Below, piece by piece: positions 10,739-20,116 of a stretch of 64,000 nt of DNA. Numbering within the stretch: position 1 is the first letter of the stretch; the number at the start of each line of letters is the position of its first letter. The notes under the pieces were generated by a model. The model did not search any database and was not told the origin of the DNA. It saw only the letters and a program-made list of their open reading frames with translations. The translations under genes and the position numbers were made by a program. The DNA comes from Thermovirgaceae bacterium. GTDB taxonomy: Bacteria > Synergistota > Synergistia > Synergistales > Thermovirgaceae. The DNA lies in the NCBI GenBank assembly GCA_040767805.1, contig JAXGNU010000005.1:52701-116700 (forward strand), read 5' to 3'.

Positions 10739-11119
10739 CCCTCCCTTGCCTAGGTCACGGGCTCTCTAGAAATTCCTCTTAAATCAACACTGTCGAAGGC
10801 CGGATCAGGGACCCTGTCAAATGGGCCCAAAGGTTCGCATGAAAGGGCTTTCCTTGGAAAAAACAGGCGAAGAAGAGTTGACCGGTGGTCCCGTCGGGCC
10901 GGGACGTTTTTTGATCTCCCCTTTCCTGGTGACCCTGCAGGGCCTGTAGCCGGGAAAAGCCTTCATTCCCATGGTTTTCACCTCTCCACCCAACCCCGGT
11001 AATTGAAATGATTGTATACTATTCTTGCCTTTCAGGGATTTGTGTCTATAATACCCGCGTCAGTATGAAATCACCCCTAAAGCCCATGGGGGTGACCCTA
11101 TTTCAAAGGGGGCGGGTTT

Positions 11120-11857
11120 TTGACCCGAAGACTCCTGAGGGATCTTGTCCCGGCGGTCGCCTTGGTGTGCGCGGCTTTAGCCCTGCTTCACACCATCCAA
11201 GGAGAACGCCCGGAGAGTTCCCCGGTGAACGCCGTCTCCGAATGGAGCCGGGAGCGTGCCGTAGCCGACCGTGTTTCTCAGCTCGACGGCACCGTCACCT
11301 CAACGCTCAAGGAAATGAACCTTAAACCCGAAGATCTTGTCCAATGGCAAATGGAAAACCCCGAGTCGGTCCTTCGCAGGCTCTGGCGCATGGACCCTGC
11401 CAACCAGAAAAACGCCTCCGTCATCGCCCTTTACATCCTTCACCAGAACCGTAACATCGAACCCCTCACCGCCTGGCGGGAAGCGGTCTCCTTCGTGTAC
11501 TACAGCCGCAAGTACGATGTCCCCCTCACGCTCGCCGTGGCGGTGGGCAACGCCGAGAGCCACTTTGACCCCGAGGCGAGGAGTTCCTACGGCGCCGCCG
11601 GGGTCATGCAGGTGGTATGGAGGGTCCATTCGTACCTCCTCGTGGCTCACGCCGGGCTCGAGGCCGAAGAGGACCTCTGTCACCCGGAGAAGGGCGTGTC
11701 CGCCGGCATCCTGCTGCTTTCAAGGTACATGAAGACTTACGGCAGCACGAAGAAGGCCCTGGGGAGATACTGCGGCGGGGGCGTCGAGCGGTACTGGTCC
11801 AGGGTCTCCAGGGGCATGAAGCAGGTCGCCAGTTACGGCCTGGACCCCGAGATCTGA
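11120..11857 (+). CDS. lytic transglycosylase (SLT domain) with N-terminal membrane anchor
   Basis: Contains AVGNAESHFDP (catalytic ES) and AAGVMQV motifs. TTG start follows AGGGGG. Confidence 0.8.
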   Translation: MTRRLLRDLVPAVALVCAALALLHTIQGERPESSPVNAVSEWSRERAVADRVSQLDGTVTSTLKEMNLKPEDLVQWQMENPESVLRRLWRMDPANQKNASVIALYILHQNRNIEPLTAWREAVSFVYYSRKYDVPLTLAVAVGNAESHFDPEARSSYGAAGVMQVVWRVHSYLLVAHAGLEAEEDLCHPEKGVSAGILLLSRYMKTYGSTKKALGRYCGGGVERYWSRVSRGMKQVASYGLDPEI

Positions 11858-11963
11858 TCTCTCTTTGTCCACAAGATCTTCCCCACCCTGTGGATGCCCG
11901 CCGGTGAGGCGCGGCGTTCCGAGGGCCTGTGCGCTGTGCAGGCCATGGAAGGCCTTCGAGTCC

Positions 11964-12749
11964 CTACAGCCTGAATTCGGCGACGACCACGGTGTGGTCC
12001 GAGGGCCTTTCCCAGGCTCGGGGTTCCCTGTCGGCGTAACTGTCGACGGAACGCTCGGCCAGCGGGGCCGTGGCAAGAATGTGGTCGATCCTCCAGCCGA
12101 TGTTCCTCTCGAGGGAGTTAGGGACCCTGTAATCCCAGAAAGAGTACTCCCCCTCTCCGGGGCGGTGCTTCCTGAAGACGTCCACCAGGCCCAGGGAGCA
12201 GAGGCTCCAGAAGGCCTTCCTGACGTCCTCGTGGAAGCAGACATGGTTCTTCTTGTTCCCGGGATTGGTCACGTCCATCTCCGTGGGCGCCACGTTGAGG
12301 TCGCCCACCAGGGCCAGCTGCCCCCCCGGGACCCCCTTGGATCGCAGCAACCCCTCTAGCCTTTTGAAGAACCGGAGTTTCATGGGGTAATCGGGGTTGT
12401 CTATGGTTTTGCCCTGGGGAACGTAGGCGTTGACCACCCGGAGTTCACCGAAGCGGCACCAGGCGATGCGGGTCTTGCCCGAAGGCTCCTCGCCGTCGCC
12501 GAGGCCGAAGCCGTACTCGTCGGGGGGGACCATCGACGCGATGGCCACGCCGTTGTAGGACTTCTCGCCGCTGAAGCAAAGGTGGAAGCCCAGGTCCTCG
12601 AAGAAGGAGGCCGGGAACGAGCTGTCCTCCACCTTCGTCTCCTGGAGGCAGAGGCAGTCCACCCTGTTGCCGGCGAGCCACCTTTCGAGGATGGGCAGCC
12701 GGCTCCTGACGGAATTCACATTGAACGTGGCGATCTTGAAATTGCCCAT
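11964..12749 (-). CDS. xthA: exodeoxyribonuclease III
   Basis: 261 aa. Motifs FNVNS.RSR, CLQETK, GDLNVAP and RIDHIL..SDH identify the EEP nuclease family. Confidence 0.9.
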   Translation of the reverse strand: MGNFKIATFNVNSVRSRLPILERWLAGNRVDCLCLQETKVEDSSFPASFFEDLGFHLCFSGEKSYNGVAIASMVPPDEYGFGLGDGEEPSGKTRIAWCRFGELRVVNAYVPQGKTIDNPDYPMKLRFFKRLEGLLRSKGVPGGQLALVGDLNVAPTEMDVTNPGNKKNHVCFHEDVRKAFWSLCSLGLVDVFRKHRPGEGEYSFWDYRVPNSLERNIGWRIDHILATAPLAERSVDSYADREPRAWERPSDHTVVVAEFRL

Positions 12750-12912
12750 GCTTCAACCCCTTCCCGGTCGCCCGTTACGAGGACCTGGTTTTGTATTCAG
12801 GGCGGCGAAGACGAGGCCCTTTTCCCCCGCCGTGACAGTGGGGGCATGCCCTTGGCCTTTCACGTCCTTCAGGCCCAAGCCTCGCGTCTTCCTTTTCACT
12901 ATCTTATTCACT

Positions 12913-13665
12913 TCATAGGCTAATCGAGTACTGGATCGTGACGACGGCCTTCACGGCTTTTTCTATCGTCGACGTGTCGTACCTCCCCCAGTCCTCCACG
13001 TCGGTGGAGAAAAGGGGCGTGATCTGGAATACCCCCTGGCTCGCCGCCCTCAGGGGCCCCACCTTCCCGCCGCTGTTGACGGCCAGCTGCTCCGCCCTCT
13101 GGCGGGCGTTCTTCGTCGCCTCACCCAGCAACCGGATCTTTATGTCCTCGATCCCCGAGTAGTAGTACTCCGGCGAGAAGGAGAAGAACTCCACCCCTTC
13201 CCTTATCAGGGTGGTGGACTCCCTCGAGAGGGACGCCACCAGGTCCACTTCCTTCGACCTCACCGTGACGGTCTGGTCCAGTACGTACTGCTCGATCTCG
13301 TTGGTGTCGTACCCCTGGGAGGTCTTGCGGTACTGGATCATGGTGGTGACGGCCGAGACTTCGATCTCCTCCCTGGCGATGCCGCTCCTCCCCAGGAAGC
13401 CCAGCACCTTCTCCAGGTCCGACTCGAGCCTGGAGTAGGCCTGGACCAGGTCCGCGTCCCTGGTGGTGAAGCGCCCCGTCCAAAGGGCTATGTCCGACCG
13501 TACGTCCAACTGGGCGGTGCCCTTGACGGCAATTGTCTGGTTGGCCAGTTTTACGTTCTTCACCGTGTCCGACACGAGCCATGACGAGAGGACCATTCCC
13601 GCCGCGAGGGCGATGCCGAGAACGACGAGCCCCCCGTTGATGGACCTCTTCCCGCTCTCCTCCAT
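12913..13665 (-). CDS. SIMPL (DUF541) domain protein, membrane anchored
   Basis: 250 aa with an N-terminal TM helix. SIMPL-like pattern (I.V.G.A...V..D.A....), based on sequence recognition only. Confidence 0.6.
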   Translation of the reverse strand: MEESGKRSINGGLVVLGIALAAGMVLSSWLVSDTVKNVKLANQTIAVKGTAQLDVRSDIALWTGRFTTRDADLVQAYSRLESDLEKVLGFLGRSGIAREEIEVSAVTTMIQYRKTSQGYDTNEIEQYVLDQTVTVRSKEVDLVASLSRESTTLIREGVEFFSFSPEYYYSGIEDIKIRLLGEATKNARQRAEQLAVNSGGKVGPLRAASQGVFQITPLFSTDVEDWGRYDTSTIEKAVKAVVTIQYSISL

Positions 13666-13670
13666 GGCGA

Positions 13671-14198
13671 TCAGCCTTCCTTTCCCGTTTTATGGCGGGG
13701 CAGCCCGCCTTCGGAACCGAACTTCTTCCTGTAAAGCGCCATGAGCCTCGCCAGGTCCTCGGCGACGTCGTCCCTTCCCACCGCGGGGCGGACCTCCTCC
13801 AGGCAGGCGGCGACCTCACCGGCGACGGGCTTCAGTGGCTTGGGTTCACGCGACCTTTTCTCGGGGGGTTTCCTCCCGCGGGGCCTCCCGACCCTGGCAC
13901 TGACTCCCGAGACCTCGAGGCCCCATTTTTCCTTCACCCTGGAGGCGATGTCCCCCCCTCTCATGGTTATCTCCTGGCACAGGAGGGGGTCGGAGGCCAC
14001 GACGACGAGGGTGCCGTCGAGCAGTTGCCCCGGGGAACTTCTCCGGGCGAGCTTCGGACCCACCACCTCGCACCACCGGGAGCAGAGGTCGGCGAAGAGG
14101 AGCATCGACGCCTGCTCCCGGGAGAGGGAGGCCATGAGGAGCGACCCGACCTTCGAAAGACCCTGCCGGCTACACCTCGCCCTTTTCCTGGCCGCCAT
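13671..14198 (-). CDS. DUF721 (DciA-like) protein
   Basis: W.EVVGPKLARRSSPGQLLDGTLVVVASDPLLCQEI....I..RV matches the DUF721 core. Overlaps the mnmG 3' end by 29 nt, so the true start may be an internal Met. Confidence 0.65.
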   Translation of the reverse strand: MAARKRARCSRQGLSKVGSLLMASLSREQASMLLFADLCSRWCEVVGPKLARRSSPGQLLDGTLVVVASDPLLCQEITMRGGDIASRVKEKWGLEVSGVSARVGRPRGRKPPEKRSREPKPLKPVAGEVAACLEEVRPAVGRDDVAEDLARLMALYRKKFGSEGGLPRHKTGKEG

Positions 14199-16080
14199 TG
14201 CCCCTCTCCCTCCGGAGGCGTTCGATGAAGACCTCCAGCAACATTATATCCGCTGGCGTCACCCCCGATATCCTCCCCGCCTGCCCAAGGTTCCTGGGGC
14301 GGACCGCCTCCAGTTTCTGCCTGCTCTCGTCGAGGAGGCCCGTCACGGAAGAGTAGTCCAGCTCCTCGGGTACGCACACCTGTTCCATTCTCTTCATCCT
14401 CTCCACCTGGGAGAGCTGCCGGGCCACGTACCCCTCGTACTTGATCTCCACCTGGGCCCGTTCCGTAATCTCCCGGTCAAGGGGTTCCGGCGGCGGCGCG
14501 GCACGGGCCACCATCTCCCAGGTCACGCCGGGCCTCTTCAGCAATTCGGCGGCGGTGACGCCGGGCTGGGACGAACCGCTCCCGGCCCCCCCCAGGACCG
14601 TCTCCACCAACCCAGCGTCGCGGATCCTGGTGTTTTTCAGCCTATCGATCTCCCCGTCCAGGGCGGCCCACCGGGTCTTTAGGACCTTCCAGCGGCGGTG
14701 GTCCAGCAGGCCGAGCCTCCTCGCTACGGGGGCCAACCGCCTGTCGGCGTTGTCGTGCCTCAGCAGGAGCCTGTACTCGCAGCGGCTGGTGAGCATCCTG
14801 TAGGGTTCGTCGGTCCCCCGGGTGACGAGGTCGTCCACGAGCACCCCCAGGTATCCCCGGGACCTCTCGATCACCAGCGGCTCCTCCCCCCGGGTCGAAA
14901 GGGCCGCGTTGATGCCGGCCAGGACCCCCTGGGCGGCGGCTTCCTCGTAGCCCGAGGTGCCGTTGACCTGCCCCGCGCAGAAGAGACCCCCGATGCCTTT
15001 CACTTCCAGCCAGGGCTCCAGCTGGGTGGGGGGGATGAAGTCGTACTCGATCCCGTAGCCGGGCCTCATTATCCTGGCCTTCCCACACCCGGGGAGGGAC
15101 CGGACCATCTTCAACTGGACGTCGAGGGGGAGGCCGGTGGTGAAGTTCTGCATGTAGATCTCAACGCTCTCCCTGCCTACGGGTTCGAGGAAGACCGGGT
15201 GGCTCTCCTTCTCGGGGAACCGGGCCACCCTTTCTTCGATGGAGGTGCAGTACCTGGGTCCCTTGACCTCGCCCGTCTCGAGGGATTCGGGCGACCTTTC
15301 CTGGCAGTCCCTGATGATCCGGTGGGTCTCCACGCCGGTCCTGGTGGAGTAGCAGGCGTGGCCGCTGTAGACCCTCGGGGTCCCCCAATGGCTGAAGCAG
15401 TGGGGTTCGGCGTCGCTCTCCTGCCTGGTGAGGGAGCCCCAGTCGACGCTGCCGGCGTGGATCCTGGGGGTAGTGCCCGTCCTCAGCCTCCCGACCTGGA
15501 GGCCCGCCCCCCGGAGGTCCGCGCCGAGGGCCTCGGTGGAGACCTGTCCCAGCGGCCCCGACGGGAAGGAGACCTGCCCGATATGGACCCTCCCGCCTAG
15601 GAAGGTCCCCGTGGCGATGACGACCGCCCGGGCCTCGTAGAGGGTGCCCATCCTGGTCCTCAGGCCCCTGACCCTCCCGCCATCGACCCAAAGGCCGGTG
15701 ACCTCGTCCTGCATGACCTCGAGCCCGGCCTGGCCGTCGCAGGCCCTTCTATACCAGCGGTGGTAGTCGCCCAGGTCGCACTGGGCCCTCAGGGCCCTGA
15801 CGGCCGCGCCCTTGGAGGTGTTGAGCATCCTGATGTGGAGGGTGGAGGCGTCGGCGGCGGCGCCCTGTTCACCGCCGAGGGCGTCCACCTCCCGGGTGAG
15901 GTGCCCCTTGGCCGGGCCCCCGATGGAGGGGTTGCAGGGCATCATGGCCGCGTTGTCCAGCAGGAGGTTGAGCAGGAGGGTCCTCGCCCCCATCCTGGCC
16001 GAAGCCAGGGCGGCCTCGCACCCGGCGTGGCCGCCGCCCACCACTATGACATCGAAGGGACCGTCACGCCGCATCGACAC
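14170..16080 (-). CDS. mnmG: tRNA uridine 5-carboxymethylaminomethyl modification enzyme MnmG (GidA)
   Basis: 636 aa. N-terminal FAD motif DVIVVGGGHAGCEAA and family-wide conservation. Confidence 0.95.
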   Translation of the reverse strand: MSMRRDGPFDVIVVGGGHAGCEAALASARMGARTLLLNLLLDNAAMMPCNPSIGGPAKGHLTREVDALGGEQGAAADASTLHIRMLNTSKGAAVRALRAQCDLGDYHRWYRRACDGQAGLEVMQDEVTGLWVDGGRVRGLRTRMGTLYEARAVVIATGTFLGGRVHIGQVSFPSGPLGQVSTEALGADLRGAGLQVGRLRTGTTPRIHAGSVDWGSLTRQESDAEPHCFSHWGTPRVYSGHACYSTRTGVETHRIIRDCQERSPESLETGEVKGPRYCTSIEERVARFPEKESHPVFLEPVGRESVEIYMQNFTTGLPLDVQLKMVRSLPGCGKARIMRPGYGIEYDFIPPTQLEPWLEVKGIGGLFCAGQVNGTSGYEEAAAQGVLAGINAALSTRGEEPLVIERSRGYLGVLVDDLVTRGTDEPYRMLTSRCEYRLLLRHDNADRRLAPVARRLGLLDHRRWKVLKTRWAALDGEIDRLKNTRIRDAGLVETVLGGAGSGSSQPGVTAAELLKRPGVTWEMVARAAPPPEPLDREITERAQVEIKYEGYVARQLSQVERMKRMEQVCVPEELDYSSVTGLLDESRQKLEAVRPRNLGQAGRISGVTPADIMLLEVFIERLRRERGNGGQEKGEV

Positions 16081-17119
16081 ACCCCCCTTCCACGGACCAG
16101 ACCTTCCCGGGCCATTCGGGTGCGCAGGCCTCCGCCGTGGCGGCGAAGACTTGCCAGCCAGTGCGGAGGAGGACCTCGATGAGCCTCTCTCTCCCCTCCA
16201 GGTCCAGTTCGGCCATGACCTCGTCGAGGAGGAGGATGGGCTTTCTCCGCATCTTCCTCTCCACGGCCCATCCCGAGGAGATCAAGAGGGCTATGGCGAC
16301 CCTCCTCCTGTAGCCGCGGCTGAAACACCGTGCCACGTCCTTTTCGCCGAAGCGGATGAGGAGGTCGTCCCTGTGGGGCCCGACGGGGCAGGCGCCCATG
16401 CCCCTCTCGTGACCCTGGCAGGCCTCGAGGGACTCCCAGAAGTCGAGGTGAAGGTCTTCGAGCCCCTTGCCTCCCCTCTTGAGTTCCACCGTGACGCCCT
16501 GGGGGAGAAGGCCCCCGCCGTTTTCGAGGCCCTTGCGGAGGAGGTCCGTGGCGGTGAGCCGGCAGGCCCATATCCAGGCCGCCAGGGGGGCCATGACCCT
16601 GGCGGTGGCGGCCAGGTTCCTTCCCTGCCGGAGGGCGGCGTTCCTTTGCCTCAGGGCCTTGCCGTACTCGTGGAGCCTCAAGGCGTACACGGGGAAAAGG
16701 AGGGCGCAAAGACGGTCCACGAGCCGCCTTCTCGTCGCCGGGGAACCCTCCACCAGCGAGAGGTCGTTGGGAAGGAAGATCAGCGAGGGGACCAGGGGCC
16801 TGAGCTGGGAAGACCGTATTGAAGACCCTCCCTTCTTCGCTACGATGCGGGCGCCGATGCCGACCCTGACGTCGAGGGCTTCTTCCCCTTCGAAGCCGGC
16901 GGAGAGGAAGGTTCCCCTGCCTGGGTCGGACCAGCTGCGGAGGTCGGAGGTCCTCTCTCCCCTTAGGGACCCCCACCCCGTCAGCACGTGGAGCGCCTCG
17001 AGAATATTGGTCTTTCCGGAACCGTTCGGACCCAGAAGCAGGTGAAGCCCCTCCGCCCATTGCAGGCGCCGGGGCTTCAGGTTTCTGAATCCTTCCCATT
17101 GGGTGACCGCGATCTTCAT
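16064..17119 (-). CDS. recF: DNA replication/repair protein RecF
   Basis: 351 aa with Walker A LLLGPNGSGKTNILEA. Follows dnaN with a 4-nt overlap. Confidence 0.9.
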   Translation of the reverse strand: MKIAVTQWEGFRNLKPRRLQWAEGLHLLLGPNGSGKTNILEALHVLTGWGSLRGERTSDLRSWSDPGRGTFLSAGFEGEEALDVRVGIGARIVAKKGGSSIRSSQLRPLVPSLIFLPNDLSLVEGSPATRRRLVDRLCALLFPVYALRLHEYGKALRQRNAALRQGRNLAATARVMAPLAAWIWACRLTATDLLRKGLENGGGLLPQGVTVELKRGGKGLEDLHLDFWESLEACQGHERGMGACPVGPHRDDLLIRFGEKDVARCFSRGYRRRVAIALLISSGWAVERKMRRKPILLLDEVMAELDLEGRERLIEVLLRTGWQVFAATAEACAPEWPGKVWSVEGGCVDAA

Positions 17120-18258
17120 GCCGTCTCTTGCCCGCTCTCCTCCTCGGGAAGGGTTATGGGCATCAGGACGTAGAGGAAGCTGTCCTCCCTCGGCCTGGAT
17201 AGGGTCATCTGGCCGTTGGGGCCGTTGAAGGACAGGTGCGCCACAGTGCCGTGAAGGGCTTTCAGCCCTTCCAGCAGGTACTTCACGTTGAAGGCTATCC
17301 TGATGGGTTCCCCATCGCAGTCGCCGGCGATCTCCTCGAAGGCCTCGCCCACCTCGGGGGCTTTGGCCCGCATCTTGAGGTTACCGGCGGGGGCGAACTC
17401 GAGGACGACCATTCGACTGAAATCGCGCACCACCACCTCGGCCCTCTCGAGGGCCTCGATGAAGAGATCCCGGTCGATGGTCAACCAGGATGTCCTGTCC
17501 GTGGAAAGGACCTTTTCGTAGGGTGGGAACCTCGATTCCACCCTCCTCACGGAAAACTCGATACTTTTCGTCTTGAAGTAGACCTGGGCGTCGTCTTTAA
17601 GGACGACGACCTCCTCATCGCCCTCTACAGCGGAGAGGGCCCTCTGGAGTTCCCTCAGCCCGGCAAGGGGGAGCAGCACCTGGTCCGGTTCCCCCTCCAC
17701 GGTGACTACGCCCTGGGAGAGGGAAAGCCTCCTGCCGTCGGTGGATACCACCCTGACCTTGTCCTCGATGGTCTGGACCAGGCCGGCGCTAAGGTACTGG
17801 GGAAATTCCTCCCCCGGCGACCCCGAGAAGGTGCCCTCCTCGAGGAGCCTCTTCAGGTCGACGCACTCCACCCGGAAAAAGGGCTGGGCCTTGTCCGAGG
17901 TCGGCAATTTCGGAAATTCCGTTACGGGATAGGTGGCGAAAGAATAGACACTGGCGCCGGAGACGACCGTGGCCTTCCCCTTGTCCACCTCGACGGTGAA
18001 GTTCTCCCCGGGGGCTTTCTTGAAGAACTCGCCGATGTTCTTGACGGGGAAAATGGAACCCCCTTCCCGGAGAACCTCCACCCCGTCGGCGTCGCAGCTT
18101 ATCGAGGTCTTGAGATCGGTCGCCTTCAGGAACACCCCTTCAGCCGAAGCCTCGCACTTGACGCCGGTGAGGACCGAGATGGTGCTCCTCTGGCCCGCGC
18201 TCCTTTCCGCCAGGTTCCAACTTTTCAGGAACTTCGCCTTGTCCACGAGGAGCTTCAA
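17116..18258 (-). CDS. dnaN: DNA polymerase III beta sliding clamp
   Basis: 380 aa, three-domain clamp pattern, immediately downstream of dnaA. Confidence 0.92.
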   Translation of the reverse strand: MKLLVDKAKFLKSWNLAERSAGQRSTISVLTGVKCEASAEGVFLKATDLKTSISCDADGVEVLREGGSIFPVKNIGEFFKKAPGENFTVEVDKGKATVVSGASVYSFATYPVTEFPKLPTSDKAQPFFRVECVDLKRLLEEGTFSGSPGEEFPQYLSAGLVQTIEDKVRVVSTDGRRLSLSQGVVTVEGEPDQVLLPLAGLRELQRALSAVEGDEEVVVLKDDAQVYFKTKSIEFSVRRVESRFPPYEKVLSTDRTSWLTIDRDLFIEALERAEVVVRDFSRMVVLEFAPAGNLKMRAKAPEVGEAFEEIAGDCDGEPIRIAFNVKYLLEGLKALHGTVAHLSFNGPNGQMTLSRPREDSFLYVLMPITLPEEESGQETA

Positions 18259-18480
18259 GGTGGCACCACTCCCTTCTTCTTATCACTTATATATGAAATA
18301 AATAAGTAGGTCTAGTAGTAAGGGTGTGATTCATGGGGATAACTGTCGAAACCCATGGAGCCCCCGTTTTTTTCCTGTGGGTATCATCGCCGGAAATTGT
18401 GGAGACCCTTCCACATGGCCGCTCCTTTTCGCGTCGGGGGAGAGGGTTCTGTGGAGTACTTTCCCAGGAACACACCGGGT
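18259..18480. other. oriC part II: dnaA-dnaN spacer with DnaA-box-like sites and an AT-rich tract
   Basis: TGTGGGTAT 18376-18384, TGTGGAGAC 18398-18406, TGTGGAGTA 18450-18458. AT-rich tract at 18270-18320 (cttatcacttatatatgaaataaataagtagg). Confidence 0.6.
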
Positions 18481-19800
18481 TCACAACTTTTCCCTGAGGT
18501 TGTCCACCATGCCCTTCATGTTCGGGTCTTTCTTTATGGATTCCTCGATCTTCCTGCAGGCGTGGATCACGGTGGTGTGGTCCTTCCTGTTGAAGGCGTA
18601 GCCGATCTGCTGGAGCGTTGTGCCCGTCAGGTCCCTGCTGAGGTACATGGCCACCTGCCGGGCCAGGGCTATCTCGGAGGTCCTCTTGTTGCCCGAAAGG
18701 GAGGAAACGGGTATGCCGAAGGACTCGGCCGTCACCTGCTGGATGAGATCGATGGTCACCTGGCCCCGGGAGGACCGCCGGATGAGGTCCTTGAGCCATC
18801 GCGAGGCGTTCTCCACGGTCACCGATTCATTGTTCAGTTCGGCGAAGAACATGACGCTGTTCAGGGAGCCCTCCAGCTCGCGGATGTTGCTGGGTATATT
18901 CTGGGCCAGGAAGTCGATCACGTCGTCGGGGATGAAGTAGTTCCTCAGGGCCGCCTTCTTTTTGAGGATGGCGATCCTGGTCTCCAGGTCGGGGGGTTGT
19001 ATGTCCGTGACCAGGCCCCACTCGAAACGGCTCACCAGCCGCTCCTCGATGTTGTGTATGTCCTTGGGGGGCTTGTCGGAGGTGAGGACGATCTGCTTCT
19101 TGGCGTCGTGGAGGCTGTTGAAGGTGTGGAAGAACTCCTCCTGGGTGCTCTCCTTGTTGGCGAGGAAGTGGATGTCGTCGATGAGAAGGACGTCGACGCC
19201 GCGGTACTTCTGCTTGAATTCGTGGGTCTTGTTATTCTGGATGGAGAGGATGAATTCGTTGATGAACTTCTCGGAACTGATATAGGCTATCTTGATCCCC
19301 TCGTTGTGCCGGGCGACGAAGTTGCCGATGGCGTGGAGGAGGTGGGTCTTCCCCAGGCCGACGCCTCCCCAGAAGAAGAGGGGGTTGTAGGCGACGCCGG
19401 GGGATTCGGCCACGGCGAGGCTGGCGGCGTGGGCGAGCCGGTTGGACTTGCCCACCACGAAGGAGTCGAACTGGTAGTCGGGGTTGAGGCCGTTCCTGGG
19501 CCTCTCCGCTTCCCGGGAGATCCGCTCGGCCCGCTTGATCTCGTCCTTCTTGGCGCCGCCCACCTCGAGGACGATCTTGTCGGCCAGCCCCCTCTGGGAG
19601 GAAAGGGCGGTGAGCTTCTCGATGAACCTCGACTGGATCTGCTCCCTCACGAAGACGTTCGGGACGTCCAGCGTGAGCACCTTGCCCTCCAGGGAGACGG
19701 GGAGACACGTCTTGAGCCAGATGTCCGCGGCTCCCTTGGGCAGACTCTCCTCGGCTATCCCGAGGATCTCTCTCCAGACCTGATCGGTTTTTTCCTGCAA
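18481..19800 (-). CDS. dnaA: chromosomal replication initiator DnaA
   Basis: 439 aa. AAA+ Walker A GGVGLGKTHL and the C-terminal DNA-binding domain (..HTTVIHA..KI). TTG start lies 6 nt after GAGGTGA. Confidence 0.97.
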   Translation of the reverse strand: MQEKTDQVWREILGIAEESLPKGAADIWLKTCLPVSLEGKVLTLDVPNVFVREQIQSRFIEKLTALSSQRGLADKIVLEVGGAKKDEIKRAERISREAERPRNGLNPDYQFDSFVVGKSNRLAHAASLAVAESPGVAYNPLFFWGGVGLGKTHLLHAIGNFVARHNEGIKIAYISSEKFINEFILSIQNNKTHEFKQKYRGVDVLLIDDIHFLANKESTQEEFFHTFNSLHDAKKQIVLTSDKPPKDIHNIEERLVSRFEWGLVTDIQPPDLETRIAILKKKAALRNYFIPDDVIDFLAQNIPSNIRELEGSLNSVMFFAELNNESVTVENASRWLKDLIRRSSRGQVTIDLIQQVTAESFGIPVSSLSGNKRTSEIALARQVAMYLSRDLTGTTLQQIGYAFNRKDHTTVIHACRKIEESIKKDPNMKGMVDNLREKL

Positions 19801-20116
19801 GGGGGCTCACCTCACGACCTTTTTGGACCGATGGCGAAGTCAATATTACCATATTTGAATCCACAAATTTTATCCACATATCCACATTTTGTTCATAATG
19901 CCCGGATAAGGGGAAAAACCCGCAGGGTGATGTATGTTTTCAAACTGGTCGTAAAAAAAATACTATTTGACCAATCGTAATTAAGCCGGTCCTTTCGGGC
20001 CGAAAAGTTGTTCGCATTCCTGTTCACATCGGCTGTGGATTTCTGGCCTATAATACCGGTAGCCCGCCGCCGCCCCGCGGGGCGCCGATCCTCGGGCTGG
20101 GAAGGAGGCCCCTACC
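19801..20116. other. oriC part I: DnaA-box cluster upstream of dnaA
   Basis: GAATCCACA 19857-19865, perfect TTATCCACA 19870-19878, ATATCCACA 19878-19886, inverted TGTGGATTT 20035-20043. AT-rich tract at 19925-19985. Confidence 0.7.

Noticed and set aside
18355-19980. 541-aa plus-strand ORF covering all of dnaA. Similar long antisense or alternate-frame ORFs occur at 17236-18309, 13741-14682, 15812-16822, 16044-17099, 13121-13819, 28989-29870, 32640-33818, 39807-40982, 46282-47175, 49834-50727 and 55284-56087.
   Set aside because: Each lies over a gene with clear family motifs. Their products are dominated by G/R/P/A/V/H/E runs, as expected from out-of-frame or antisense translation of GC-rich DNA, and none shows a recognisable motif or SD.
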